64,000 bases of DNA. Origin: a virus (Duplodnaviria > Caudoviricetes). Shown here piece by piece: positions 47,355 through 55,172 of the stretch. Both the position numbers and the translations under genes were made by a program. The notes beneath the pieces are model-generated. The model was not told the origin of the DNA and did no database searches. It saw only the letters and a list, made by a program, of their open reading frames with translations. The DNA is taken from IMG/VR virus record IMGVR_UViG_2974522809_000001, positions 7,093 through 71,092 of that record, one strand, 5' to 3'. The number at the start of each line of letters is the position of its first letter. Within the stretch, counting starts at the first letter, position 1.

Positions 47355-48100
47355 TTCTGGTTCCTCCAAAGGTCGATGACGTGCAGCAGGTGCGTTGCAT
47401 GGGAGCGCAGCGTGGTGATGTCGGCGTGTACGTCGAGGGCCGAACGCAGGTTGCCGATGGCCTCACCTACGGTGCCAGGTGTCATGTCGATGACCGGCGC
47501 GTTGCGTACCGGCTTCGGCCCCTCCCAGTGGTCCACGCTCAGCTCGTCCACCCGGCCGTCGCTGTAGCGCACGCGCACCTCACCGTACGGATGCACGGTG
47601 ACATCCACCGTGACCTGGACAATCTCGGTGCCGGGTTCTTCGTCGTCGGCCTCCAGGTAATCCTGGAACTCAGAGGCCATTGCCAGGGTGATGGCCGCAG
47701 GCCCGCCCCGGCCGGTGTTCACCCGGCTGGCGCACTCCAGGGCCTTCTCGCGCGACCAGGTGCCGCCGTGGTCCAGCACGCCGCTGGCCAGGTCGGTGAG
47801 CAGTGGCAGCTCAGCGCCCAGGTAGTGCTCGGGGTTGAACTCGCCGAACCGCACCACATGCGCCGGAAACGACACCCCGGCGCTCTCGATGGTCTGCGGA
47901 TCCCAGCCGCCGGGGCTGATCCACACGTCCACCTGGGGAAAGCCCGACTCGTTGGACACCTCGCGCCGGACGAAGGCCACCGCCTCGCTGGTGCGGTCGC
48001 CGGGCACGCGCAGCCAGCTGATGATCGTGCCGTCGGGCAGGGTGCGCAGGTGGGCGGCGTCGGGGATGCCGCCACCGTCCCAGTTGATGCCGCTGCTCAT
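47351..48100 (-). CDS. Hypothetical protein
   Basis: 249 aa, ATGA overlap. Confidence 0.7.
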   Translation of the reverse strand: MSSGINWDGGGIPDAAHLRTLPDGTIISWLRVPGDRTSEAVAFVRREVSNESGFPQVDVWISPGGWDPQTIESAGVSFPAHVVRFGEFNPEHYLGAELPLLTDLASGVLDHGGTWSREKALECASRVNTGRGGPAAITLAMASEFQDYLEADDEEPGTEIVQVTVDVTVHPYGEVRVRYSDGRVDELSVDHWEGPKPVRNAPVIDMTPGTVGEAIGNLRSALDVHADITTLRSHATHLLHVIDLWRNQK

Positions 48101-48528
48101 TCGGGGTCACCACCGTTGGCGGCAACACCGGCCACCGCCTGCTCGTAGGCGGTGATGCCCTGGGCAATGGTCTCGGGCAGCTCGGTGCGGTCGATCGCTC
48201 CCCGATAGCTGCGGAACTCCCGCTTACGCCAGCTGCTGGCGTTGTCGCTCAGATCGCCGGACACCAGGCGGCGGGGGCCACTGAGCGTGACGCTCATCAG
48301 CACCCCGTCCACCCACCGGGCGCGGACGTAGACCGGGCTAAACGCCACTGTCCGGCTGAACTCGGCCAGCATGTCAGGCACCAGGGACTTCACCGTGAAG
48401 TCGGCGCTGTGCTTGACCCTGTGGAACTCGGTCTGCCCGTCACGGCCGGGGGCCTCGGCATACCGGCGGGTCTCAATTTCAGTGCGACTCTCGCGCCAGG
48501 CCAGTGTTTCGGTGGTGGCTGTTGTCAC
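48097..48528 (-). CDS. Hypothetical protein
   Basis: 143 aa, AAGGAG RBS with an AC-rich tract. Confidence 0.75.
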   Translation of the reverse strand: MTTATTETLAWRESRTEIETRRYAEAPGRDGQTEFHRVKHSADFTVKSLVPDMLAEFSRTVAFSPVYVRARWVDGVLMSVTLSGPRRLVSGDLSDNASSWRKREFRSYRGAIDRTELPETIAQGITAYEQAVAGVAANGGDPE

Positions 48529-48564
48529 GGTGGTTCTCCTTCGTGGTTGTGGTGGCGGGGTGGA

Positions 48565-48873
48565 TCAAACCTGGTCGTCGTACAGGGCCAGGGTGGGCAC
48601 GTCGTTGTACTGGTCGGTGGGGCGCAGGGTGACGGGCTGGTCGTTGAACAGGGTCTCCTCGGTCTCCGCGCCCAGGCCGATGCAGATGTGGATCTCACCG
48701 CCGTTGGCACTGAGCTGGCGCAGCTCGCCGGTCAGCACGCGGGCAATCTCGGTGTTGTTGTCCCACTGGCGAAATCGGATGGTCTGGCCGATGTCGGCCG
48801 GGCGCAGCTCGTCGGCACGGATGAACGTGTTGCGCTTGAACCGGCTCTCGGGTGCCACCTCGTTGGCGCTCAC
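48565..48873 (-). CDS. Hypothetical protein (MSANEVAPE...)
   Basis: GTGA overlap, 102 aa. Confidence 0.65.
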   Translation of the reverse strand: MSANEVAPESRFKRNTFIRADELRPADIGQTIRFRQWDNNTEIARVLTGELRQLSANGGEIHICIGLGAETEETLFNDQPVTLRPTDQYNDVPTLALYDDQV

Positions 48874-49142
48874 TGGCCGGTGCCCAGGTGCTCGACGCTC
48901 ACGGTGACCACCGGCAGCGCGTAGTCCATAGGCGGGGCCATGCCCGGCCCGCAGATGCGGTTGCCCATGGTGGTGCAGTCCCAGCACGGCTGGTCCTCCT
49001 CGCACTGCTGGCCGGTGGGCTCAGCAACGCGGTGCTCGGCAGGCTCGGCGGTGATCAGCGCGCCGACCGGCATACCGACAGCCAGGCCGATCAGCAGGCC
49101 CGCGCCGAACATCACAGCGCGGTCGGAGTTGGTAATGGGCAT
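48870..49142 (-). CDS. Small membrane-anchored Cys-rich protein
   Basis: 90 aa, N-terminal TM, CEEDQPCWDCTTMGNRICGP motif. Confidence 0.75.
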   Translation of the reverse strand: MPITNSDRAVMFGAGLLIGLAVGMPVGALITAEPAEHRVAEPTGQQCEEDQPCWDCTTMGNRICGPGMAPPMDYALPVVTVSVEHLGTGQ

Positions 49143-49166
49143 TGTGGTTGTCCTCCCAGGTGAACC

Positions 49167-49228
49167 GTAGCGGGGCTGTCCCGCCGGGGTAATAAAGGTT
49201 ATACGTTACGCATCACGGCCAGCGCAAG
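49167..49228 (-). promoter_or_regulatory. Cassette leader hairpin fused to a different promoter
   Basis: Minus strand reads TTGCGC-18-TATAAC...GGCGGGACAGCCCCGCTAC, with no CCCG-N7-CGGG spacer. Confidence 0.55.
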
Positions 49229-49259
49229 CACTTGCCCGACACTGGGAGGGTATCTGCTG

Positions 49260-49547
49260 CTAGTGCGGCATATGGCCGGTTTGCGCCCACTGCTGGCCGC
49301 GCTGCATCTGGTACAGCAGCGACACCGCGCGGCTCACCTCCGGCGGCAGGGTGACCATCAGCTCGTCCCAGGCACCGCGCCGCCTCAGCTCAGCGCACAG
49401 CTCCACGAACGGTCCATAGCTGTCGGCGCGCACGTCCTTGGTGACGACGTGCCCCAGGGCGAAGCACAGCGCGCTCGTCGGGGTGGAGTGCAGCGGCGTG
49501 CCGCCCGCGAAGCGGGGCACCTGGGGCACGGGCAGGGGAACGGTCAT
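49260..49547 (-). CDS. Hypothetical protein (probably leaderless)
   Basis: 95 aa, TAGTCT 6 nt before the ATG. Confidence 0.65.
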   Translation of the reverse strand: MTVPLPVPQVPRFAGGTPLHSTPTSALCFALGHVVTKDVRADSYGPFVELCAELRRRGAWDELMVTLPPEVSRAVSLLYQMQRGQQWAQTGHMPH

Positions 49548-49587
49548 CGCCCCAGACTAGCCCGTCAATGTCGGTGGTGTGGCCTCT

Positions 49588-49623
49588 CGCGCGCGCGTGC
49601 GCGCGTGCGTACACGTGCGCGCG
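49588..49623. repeat. 36-bp uninterrupted alternating purine/pyrimidine tract
   Basis: CGCGCGCGCGTGCGCGCGTGCGTACACGTGCGCGCG. Confidence 0.85.
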
Positions 49624-49631
49624 GGCGCGTC

Positions 49632-49661
49632 AGCGTACCGGATCGACCCCCGAAAAGTCAA
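49632..49661 (-). promoter_or_regulatory. Leftward SigA-like promoter
   Basis: Minus strand reads TTGACT-18 nt-TACGCT. Confidence 0.65.
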
Positions 49662-49688
49662 ATTCATGGCTACTACCTTGCCCTGTCC

Positions 49689-49746
49689 TTGACTATGGGG
49701 TTAGGCTGCGGGCCGAGGACCGCGCAGCCATCCCCCATATAGTCAA
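49689..49746. repeat. Long imperfect inverted repeat in the divergence region
   Basis: TTGACTATGGGG...GGCTGCG / CGCAGCC...CCCCATATAGTCAA. Confidence 0.7.
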
Positions 49747-49877
49747 GCCCATCCGGCCGGGGAAAGTGGTTGTTCATTCCTACTTTTGAGTAAGTTCCGG
49801 CTCCACGCCCGTGGCGTCAGCCTGGGCTCAGCCTGCCCCTCACTCTGGCTCGGCAGGCTGGCCGGTGGGCCAGGCCC

Positions 49878-49906
49878 TTGGCGGCAGAGTGTTTTAGGGT
49901 TAGTGT
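49878..49906 (+). promoter_or_regulatory. Rightward promoter for a leaderless gene
   Basis: TTGGCG-17 nt-TAGTGT, then 7 nt to ATG 49914. Shares GGGTTAGTGT with the cassette. Confidence 0.6.
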
Positions 49907-49913
49907 GAATGCC

Positions 49914-50687
49914 ATGACCACAACCACACGCAAGACCACGAAGAAGGCGCAGCCGCCCAAGGGCGACGTGCGTAGTGAAACGCTGGCGCAGTTCAACCGC
50001 GAGCTGATCGAGTACGGGGGCTATGACCCTGGGTTCGACGGGCTGGTGGAGAAGCTGTACGCCACCAGAGAGGCCATCCGGCAGCTGGCCGGTGCACGCA
50101 AGAATCTGTTTGAGCACATCAAGGGCTATCACCGGGGTGCCGACGTAGCCGTGCCGGGGACGGAGTACGTGGTGCGCCAGACCGAAGCAGGACCAGCCAC
50201 CACGTACCGGGCGGTGAGCAGTGCCGCCGCCAAGAAGGCCGACCCGGCTGCCTGGCGGCGCGCGCAGGTGCTGACCGGGTTCGTGCAGGTGAAGGCCCCG
50301 GCGGCGGTGGCTGCGGCGGTGCCGGTGGAGGATGTACCGGCGCTGTGCCATCTGGACAAGGGCGTCGGGCTCACCGAGGCGGTGGCGGCGTACAAGGATG
50401 CTCCGGCCTGGGCCAGGCTCAAGGAGCTGCGGGCAGTGGAATCCGAAACGCTCGGGCGGCTGGAGAAGCTGGCAGCGGAGTTCGGCTGGGACGGTGACCT
50501 GAAGGTGTTCGCCGACGGGTGGTCGGTCCAGCTCAAGCGTGTGCAGTACAGCAGTGACGCGCTGGCCGTGGTGGACCCCGAGCTGTTCGACCGGCTGGCC
50601 GAGGTGAAGCTGCGGCAGGCCAGCCCCAGGGTGTACGTCGGCAAGCCAGGTGACATCGACGGTGCCGAGGACGCCGACGCCGACTAG
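49914..50687 (+). CDS. Hypothetical protein
   Basis: 257 aa from ATG 49914, first gene of the rightward block. Confidence 0.7.
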   Translation: MTTTTRKTTKKAQPPKGDVRSETLAQFNRELIEYGGYDPGFDGLVEKLYATREAIRQLAGARKNLFEHIKGYHRGADVAVPGTEYVVRQTEAGPATTYRAVSSAAAKKADPAAWRRAQVLTGFVQVKAPAAVAAAVPVEDVPALCHLDKGVGLTEAVAAYKDAPAWARLKELRAVESETLGRLEKLAAEFGWDGDLKVFADGWSVQLKRVQYSSDALAVVDPELFDRLAEVKLRQASPRVYVGKPGDIDGAEDADAD

Positions 50688-50760
50688 GGCGCTGTGGCGC
50701 GCCAGAAAACCATGGCTGAGCTGCGGCGATGTGATGGTACTGGCGCGCCAGCAAACTAGG

Positions 50761-50776
50761 GGTTATACATATAACC
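50761..50776. promoter_or_regulatory. AT-rich perfect palindrome abutting the ATG (putative auto-operator)
   Basis: GGTTATA-CA-TATAACC, with the ATG at 50777. Confidence 0.65.
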
Positions 50777-51046
50777 ATGGTACGCATAAAACCGCGTGGG
50801 CCGGGTCGCCCGAAGGGGCCAGACAAGTTGCTGGTGCCCGTGAAAATGTTGCCTGACCAGCGCAGACGCTTCAAGGCCATGTGTGCCGCGCGGGACATGA
50901 CTTACGAGGAAATGATCATCGCGTGGATGGATAAAGAGGACGCTTTGGAGCGCCGAAAAGCCGCACAGCAAAAACACCCGCTTCACCAGCCAAAACAGGC
51001 CAGTTTCTACCCAGGAGGAGGGCAGCGTGTCCAGCCCAGACAGTGA
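50777..51046 (+). CDS. Ribbon-helix-helix-like DNA-binding protein
   Basis: 89 aa. GRPKG, then a LLVPVKM strand, RRRFKAMCAARDMTYEEMI helices. Confidence 0.65.
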   Translation: MVRIKPRGPGRPKGPDKLLVPVKMLPDQRRRFKAMCAARDMTYEEMIIAWMDKEDALERRKAAQQKHPLHQPKQASFYPGGGQRVQPRQ

Positions 51047-51323
51047 CGACGACGCAGTGTTGGCCCCGGCCGAATGGACCGGCAAGCCCGTGGTGTGCAC
51101 CACCTGCCAGAACGCGGGCAAGCCCGTGATGGGACAGGACGGCTGGCAGCTGCCCATCCACGGCATGGTCGAGCGGGAGTTCCCGTTCCGCATCGTCACC
51201 TGCCCCGGCAGCATGGGGCCGGTCACGGCCATGCAGACCCCGCAGCCCATGGAGCAGCGGATCGAGGAGCACGTGGTCCGCGCCATGCCCGACCGCCCGA
51301 ACGACGACTGGGACACCCCGTGA
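51027..51323 (+). CDS. Hypothetical protein (CxxC...H...C)
   Basis: 98 aa, AGGAGG RBS. Confidence 0.65.
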   Translation: MSSPDSDDDAVLAPAEWTGKPVVCTTCQNAGKPVMGQDGWQLPIHGMVEREFPFRIVTCPGSMGPVTAMQTPQPMEQRIEEHVVRAMPDRPNDDWDTP

Positions 51324-51433
51324 AGCCCTGGCAGCTGGCGGCGCTGGTGGAGCTGCTGCGGCATCCTGAGCGGCGCGTGATCGTGACATGCGTGCCGCCC
51401 CAGCACCCGCAGACGGGGCAGCGCCGTGGATGA
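51320..51433 (+). CDS. Small hypothetical protein (37 aa)
   Basis: GTGA overlap upstream; fills the gap to the next gene. Confidence 0.45.
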   Translation: MKPWQLAALVELLRHPERRVIVTCVPPQHPQTGQRRG

Positions 51434-51809
51434 GTGGCCGGAGCTGGAGGCCCTGGGCCGGGCAATGGATGTCTACGAGGATTGGCCCCCACGCTGGGAC
51501 CACCTCCAGCCCGAAATCCAGGCAGTGATCGAGGCAGCGCGCGACGTGGTGCGCAACTACCGCGACACCAAGGCCCGTATTGAGCACTACCGCGCCATGC
51601 CGGTGGATGCCGACCAGGTGCGCCGGGCCATGGGCCTGCCGCCCATCGGTGATGGCACCAAGGCGTTCATTGAGGTGCCGATGCCCGAGGACCAGGGTTC
51701 GTGCGCCTGCGGTGACCCCAACCGGCCGGGCTGGTATCACTCGCGTGTCACCGGCCGGTGCTACGCCACCGGACTGGAGCCAGAGAGTGATCGACACCGT
51801 GACGATTGA
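51426..51809 (+). CDS. Hypothetical protein
   Basis: 127 aa with phage-like codon bias. Confidence 0.65.
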   Translation: MDEWPELEALGRAMDVYEDWPPRWDHLQPEIQAVIEAARDVVRNYRDTKARIEHYRAMPVDADQVRRAMGLPPIGDGTKAFIEVPMPEDQGSCACGDPNRPGWYHSRVTGRCYATGLEPESDRHRDD

Positions 51810-52074
51810 GCACCAGCGCGGCACCAAGCCCGTCACCCGCGCACGGGTCGACCGGGCCACCGCCTGCTACTACCCCGACAGCCAGCGCGTGGTCCTGGTG
51901 GCCGACAAGGCAGACTTCGGCGCGGCGCTGCGTGCGCTCACCGAGCTGCGCGACCACTACGGTGCCAGCACCGAACCCGACCCCTGTACCTGCGCGCACG
52001 GGCCGACCCGCTGGGGCCGGGGCGACCAGCAGGCTGACACCTGCGCCACCTGCGGGGGATACTGCCCACCATGA
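51787..52074 (+). CDS. Hypothetical protein with C-terminal Cys cluster
   Basis: GTG 51787 after GGAG, 95 aa. Confidence 0.6.
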   Translation: MIDTVTIEHQRGTKPVTRARVDRATACYYPDSQRVVLVADKADFGAALRALTELRDHYGASTEPDPCTCAHGPTRWGRGDQQADTCATCGGYCPP

Positions 52075-52295
52075 CCCGCCAGCCCGCGCAGCCGATCATG
52101 GAGCTGACGCCCGAGCACGCCGACGGCACCATCTACGCCGACGGTGAGGGCGATCTGTGGCAGCCGTGCCCGTTCGGCTGGATGGTCACCCATCGCACGC
52201 CGTTCAGCATCGACTCCAGCCTGGGCACGCCGCTGCCGATCTATGGTCCGTACCGCCCCGTGCTGGGGCCACCGGCCGAGAGGAGCCAGCCATGA
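52071..52295 (+). CDS. Hypothetical protein
   Basis: 74 aa, ATGA overlaps at both ends. Confidence 0.65.
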   Translation: MTRQPAQPIMELTPEHADGTIYADGEGDLWQPCPFGWMVTHRTPFSIDSSLGTPLPIYGPYRPVLGPPAERSQP

Positions 52296-52879
52296 CCGTC
52301 AGCGATGACGACATCAGCACCCTGCTGGACGAGGAGCTGCTGGCCCGCCGCACCAAGGTGATGTTCCTGCGCAATGCCGGGGCCACCTGGGCGGCGGTGT
52401 CCAAGGAGACCGGGGTCAGCATCGCCACCTGCCGCAAGGACTACCAGGTGGTCTGCCGCGACATCAACAACGAGCAGCCCGCCGACGTGGTGGCCCGGCA
52501 CCGCGCGGTCATCTTCGATATCCAGCGCGCCAACTACCCCGCCATGATGCGCGGCGACAAAGACGCGGCAGCCACCATCCTGCGGGCGCTCGACCGCGAG
52601 GCCAAGCTGCTGGGCCTGGACGCGCCCACGCGCATCCTGGCCGGGGTGAGCGACGTGGAGTTCGCCAACGAGGCTGCCCGGCTCATCGAACGCATCACAC
52701 AGCTGGACCCCACAACCATGAAGGAGCTTGGCCGTGCCACCAACAGCGCGCCCCGCATCATCGACGCAGAATCCGCTGACCTTCCCGCTGACCAGGCGGG
52801 CCATCCGCAGGCTGCGCCGTTGTCTGGGCCTGGGGCCAACGCTGACGACGGTGACGACGACTGGTCCAACATTGCCTGA
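52292..52879 (+). CDS. HTH protein, terminase small subunit-like
   Basis: GAGGAG RBS, 195 aa. HTH (LRNAGATWAAVSKETGVS) plus the REAKLLGLDAP motif. Confidence 0.6.
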   Translation: MTVSDDDISTLLDEELLARRTKVMFLRNAGATWAAVSKETGVSIATCRKDYQVVCRDINNEQPADVVARHRAVIFDIQRANYPAMMRGDKDAAATILRALDREAKLLGLDAPTRILAGVSDVEFANEAARLIERITQLDPTTMKELGRATNSAPRIIDAESADLPADQAGHPQAAPLSGPGANADDGDDDWSNIA

Positions 52880-53432
52880 GCCCGACGCCGCCCACGGCCA
52901 GGCCGAGCACCGCTGCCGCCTGGTCGAACGGCACGAGATCAGCGCGCCGGTAGACGACGAGCAGCCCGACATCAGCCACTACCGCGAGGCGGTGGCAGCC
53001 ATGTTTGACCAGGCGCGGGCCTGGCACGCCGCCCACGGGCTGGAGCCCATCGACCTGGCCCGCTTCGCCCGCACGGCCAGCGCCAACGGCCAGGCAGCGG
53101 TGGGCGTGCAGTGGACCGTCACCGTCGGCCGGGGCGACATCAGCGCAGACCAGCGCCTGCCCGGCGTCATGGACAGCTGGAAGTGGTCGGCCCGGTTCCA
53201 CCATTGGCGCAAGGTGTTCAACCGCATGGACGGGCGGCAGGGGCGGCTGCTGGCGCTTCGTGAGGACGGCCGGGCCAGCGTCACCCCGCTGTTCCGCGAC
53301 CACCGCAGCGGCCAGCTCACGGGCCACGAACCCGTCGTCGGCGTGCGCACCGGGGTAGTCAATGGCTGCACCTGCCACATCGGAGGTCCGTTCAAGGACA
53401 TCTGCCCGGTGCACTTCGAGGCCGACACGTGA
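52872..53432 (+). CDS. Hypothetical protein
   Basis: TTG start overlapping the upstream gene, 186 aa. Confidence 0.6.
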   Translation: MPEPDAAHGQAEHRCRLVERHEISAPVDDEQPDISHYREAVAAMFDQARAWHAAHGLEPIDLARFARTASANGQAAVGVQWTVTVGRGDISADQRLPGVMDSWKWSARFHHWRKVFNRMDGRQGRLLALREDGRASVTPLFRDHRSGQLTGHEPVVGVRTGVVNGCTCHIGGPFKDICPVHFEADT

Positions 53433-53773
53433 GCAACATTGTCTGCCCCGAGTGCGGCGCATCGCCGTTGGCCAACCACCAGCGGCAGTGCAGTCAGCCC
53501 GCATACGTTGACCTGCGCGGTACCATCACGCCCATGGGCCTCGCTGACCGCCATCACTCCGTCCAGCACCTGGTTGACCTACTGGAGCCGAACCCCAACC
53601 TCCCCGACCCGCTATTCCGTGTGGCCGACGTTGCCGCCTGCCACCGGGACAAGATGCTGGAGCTGCTGCAAGACGGCCCCGAGCTGGCCGCTGGACTGCG
53701 CAAGCTGCTGGAGGCCAAGGACTGCTTCGTGCGCCAGGCGCTGCTCGATCGCGTGGAGGACGAGGGCCAGTGA
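53429..53773 (+). CDS. Hypothetical protein with helical-hairpin GPEL..GLRKLLEAKDC motif
   Basis: 114 aa, GTGA overlaps. Confidence 0.7.
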   Translation: MSNIVCPECGASPLANHQRQCSQPAYVDLRGTITPMGLADRHHSVQHLVDLLEPNPNLPDPLFRVADVAACHRDKMLELLQDGPELAAGLRKLLEAKDCFVRQALLDRVEDEGQ

Positions 53774-53997
53774 CACCCGACGACGTGCCGGTCACCATCG
53801 TTGACAAGCGCCGACCCTTGCCACTGCCCACCCTGGCCGAGAACGTGGCCAGGCAGCGTGAGCAGGTACGGCGCAACATCAACCAGCTGGCGGGCACGCT
53901 GTGGTGGAAGGCCCAGGGCAGCCCCACGCCCGAGGAGGCCCTGGCCACGCGGGACGCGCTGCTGGCCCAGGCGCGCATGAACGGGCTCGACGTATGA
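53770..53997 (+). CDS. Hypothetical protein
   Basis: 75 aa, overlapping start/stop codons. Confidence 0.65.
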   Translation: MTPDDVPVTIVDKRRPLPLPTLAENVARQREQVRRNINQLAGTLWWKAQGSPTPEEALATRDALLAQARMNGLDV

Positions 53998-54557
53998 GCG
54001 CCGACCCTCTGGAGCTTGAGGACGACGAGCCCGACACCAAGGGCTGGCAGCCCGACCTGCTGCTGGTGCCCGCGCTGCTGGCCGGTAGCCCCACCACCAT
54101 GGCCGACCTCTGCCCGGCCGACCGCGCCTGGGCGGTGGCGGGCCTCATGCGTGCTGGCCACACCGCCGAGCGCATCCGCGACCGCATGGGGTGCAGCCTG
54201 CGCACGGTGCGCATGGTCAGCGCGTGGGCAGCCACCACCGCCATGATGCTGCTCCAGGAAGAGACCGAGCACTTCCAGGACGAATACCGGATGCAGGCCA
54301 GCGAGATTGCCCGCCTGACCCGTGAGCTGGCCACCAGCGAGGCCACCGCCAAGCGGTACCAGGATCAGCTGGCCAACGTGCTGGACAGCTACCTCACCGG
54401 TGAGGCCGGGCCTAGTTTCCCGAAGTGCGGGCACCCGAAGACCAAGTACAACACCTACACCGCGCCCAAGACCGGCAAGACCAGTTGCCGAATCTGCCAC
54501 TGCGATGCCCAGCGCGCCTACGAGGCCCGCAAGGCTGCCGCCGCCGCCGAGCGCTAG
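53994..54557 (+). CDS. HTH DNA-binding protein with C-terminal Zn-finger-like domain
   Basis: ATGA overlap, 187 aa. GHTAERIRDRMGCSLRTV helix-turn-helix and CGH..T..NTY...CRIC. Confidence 0.7.
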   Translation: MSADPLELEDDEPDTKGWQPDLLLVPALLAGSPTTMADLCPADRAWAVAGLMRAGHTAERIRDRMGCSLRTVRMVSAWAATTAMMLLQEETEHFQDEYRMQASEIARLTRELATSEATAKRYQDQLANVLDSYLTGEAGPSFPKCGHPKTKYNTYTAPKTGKTSCRICHCDAQRAYEARKAAAAAER

Positions 54558-54730
54558 GCGCTCATCCGCAGCCGGATTTCGTGCCGCACCAGCGTGCGCT
54601 GGCTGGCATGGCTGCCGAACGTGTTCGACCGGGCGCACATTTCCAGCTCGTCCAGCAGCTGCTCGTCGGTCATGTCGATCAGGCTGGCCTGGTAGGCGTC
54701 GATGTCGGCTTGGGTGACCATGCGCTCCAT
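54554..54730 (-). CDS. 58-aa protein not in the ORF track (MERMVTQADIDAYQ...)
   Basis: GAGGAG RBS, directly downstream of cassette copy 4, GC3-rich codons. Confidence 0.75.
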   Translation of the reverse strand: MERMVTQADIDAYQASLIDMTDEQLLDELEMCARSNTFGSHASQRTLVRHEIRLRMSA

Positions 54731-54747
54731 GTGAGGCTCCTCTGTTC

Positions 54748-54813
54748 GCGGCGGCGGGGCTGTCCCGCGTGGCTGATGGAATCAGACTAACCCGACTAAG
54801 ACGGGTAAGTCAA
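54748..54813 (-). promoter_or_regulatory. Repeat promoter/palindrome/leader cassette, copy 4
   Basis: AGACTAACCCGACTAAGACGGGTAAGTCAA at 54784-54813, with the leader. Confidence 0.85.
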
Positions 54814-54842
54814 GTTGCCCGCCGCAGGCGTAGGGTCGGGCC

Positions 54843-55154
54843 ATGGCCAAGGCACGCAAGGGCAGCCGCCGGGCCGGAGCATTGCGCGGTGGCCGGTCCA
54901 AGATCGCACGCAGCCGGGGACGCGGCACCGTCGCACTGCACAGCCGCGCGGGCGGCATCGCCACGTTCTCCAAGGGCGGCGGTGGCGGGTATCGCGGGTT
55001 CAAGTCGAAGAAGCAATGGCGCTGGGCCTGGGCTACGCACCAGCCCTGGGCGCGCAAGAAGTCCCACGAGACGGCCGGTGGCCCCAAGGTGCGTTACCGC
55101 CGCCTCCCGGCCAGCAAGCACAGCGGGCACAAGGGCAGCCGCGCCCCGTCCTGA
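54843..55154 (+). CDS. Highly basic small protein (probably leaderless)
   Basis: 103 aa, K/R/G/S-rich with a single acidic residue. FKSKKQWRWAWA motif; TAGGGT 6 nt before the ATG. Confidence 0.7.
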   Translation: MAKARKGSRRAGALRGGRSKIARSRGRGTVALHSRAGGIATFSKGGGGGYRGFKSKKQWRWAWATHQPWARKKSHETAGGPKVRYRRLPASKHSGHKGSRAPS

Positions 55155-55172
55155 TAACCCGGTCATCAGGGT

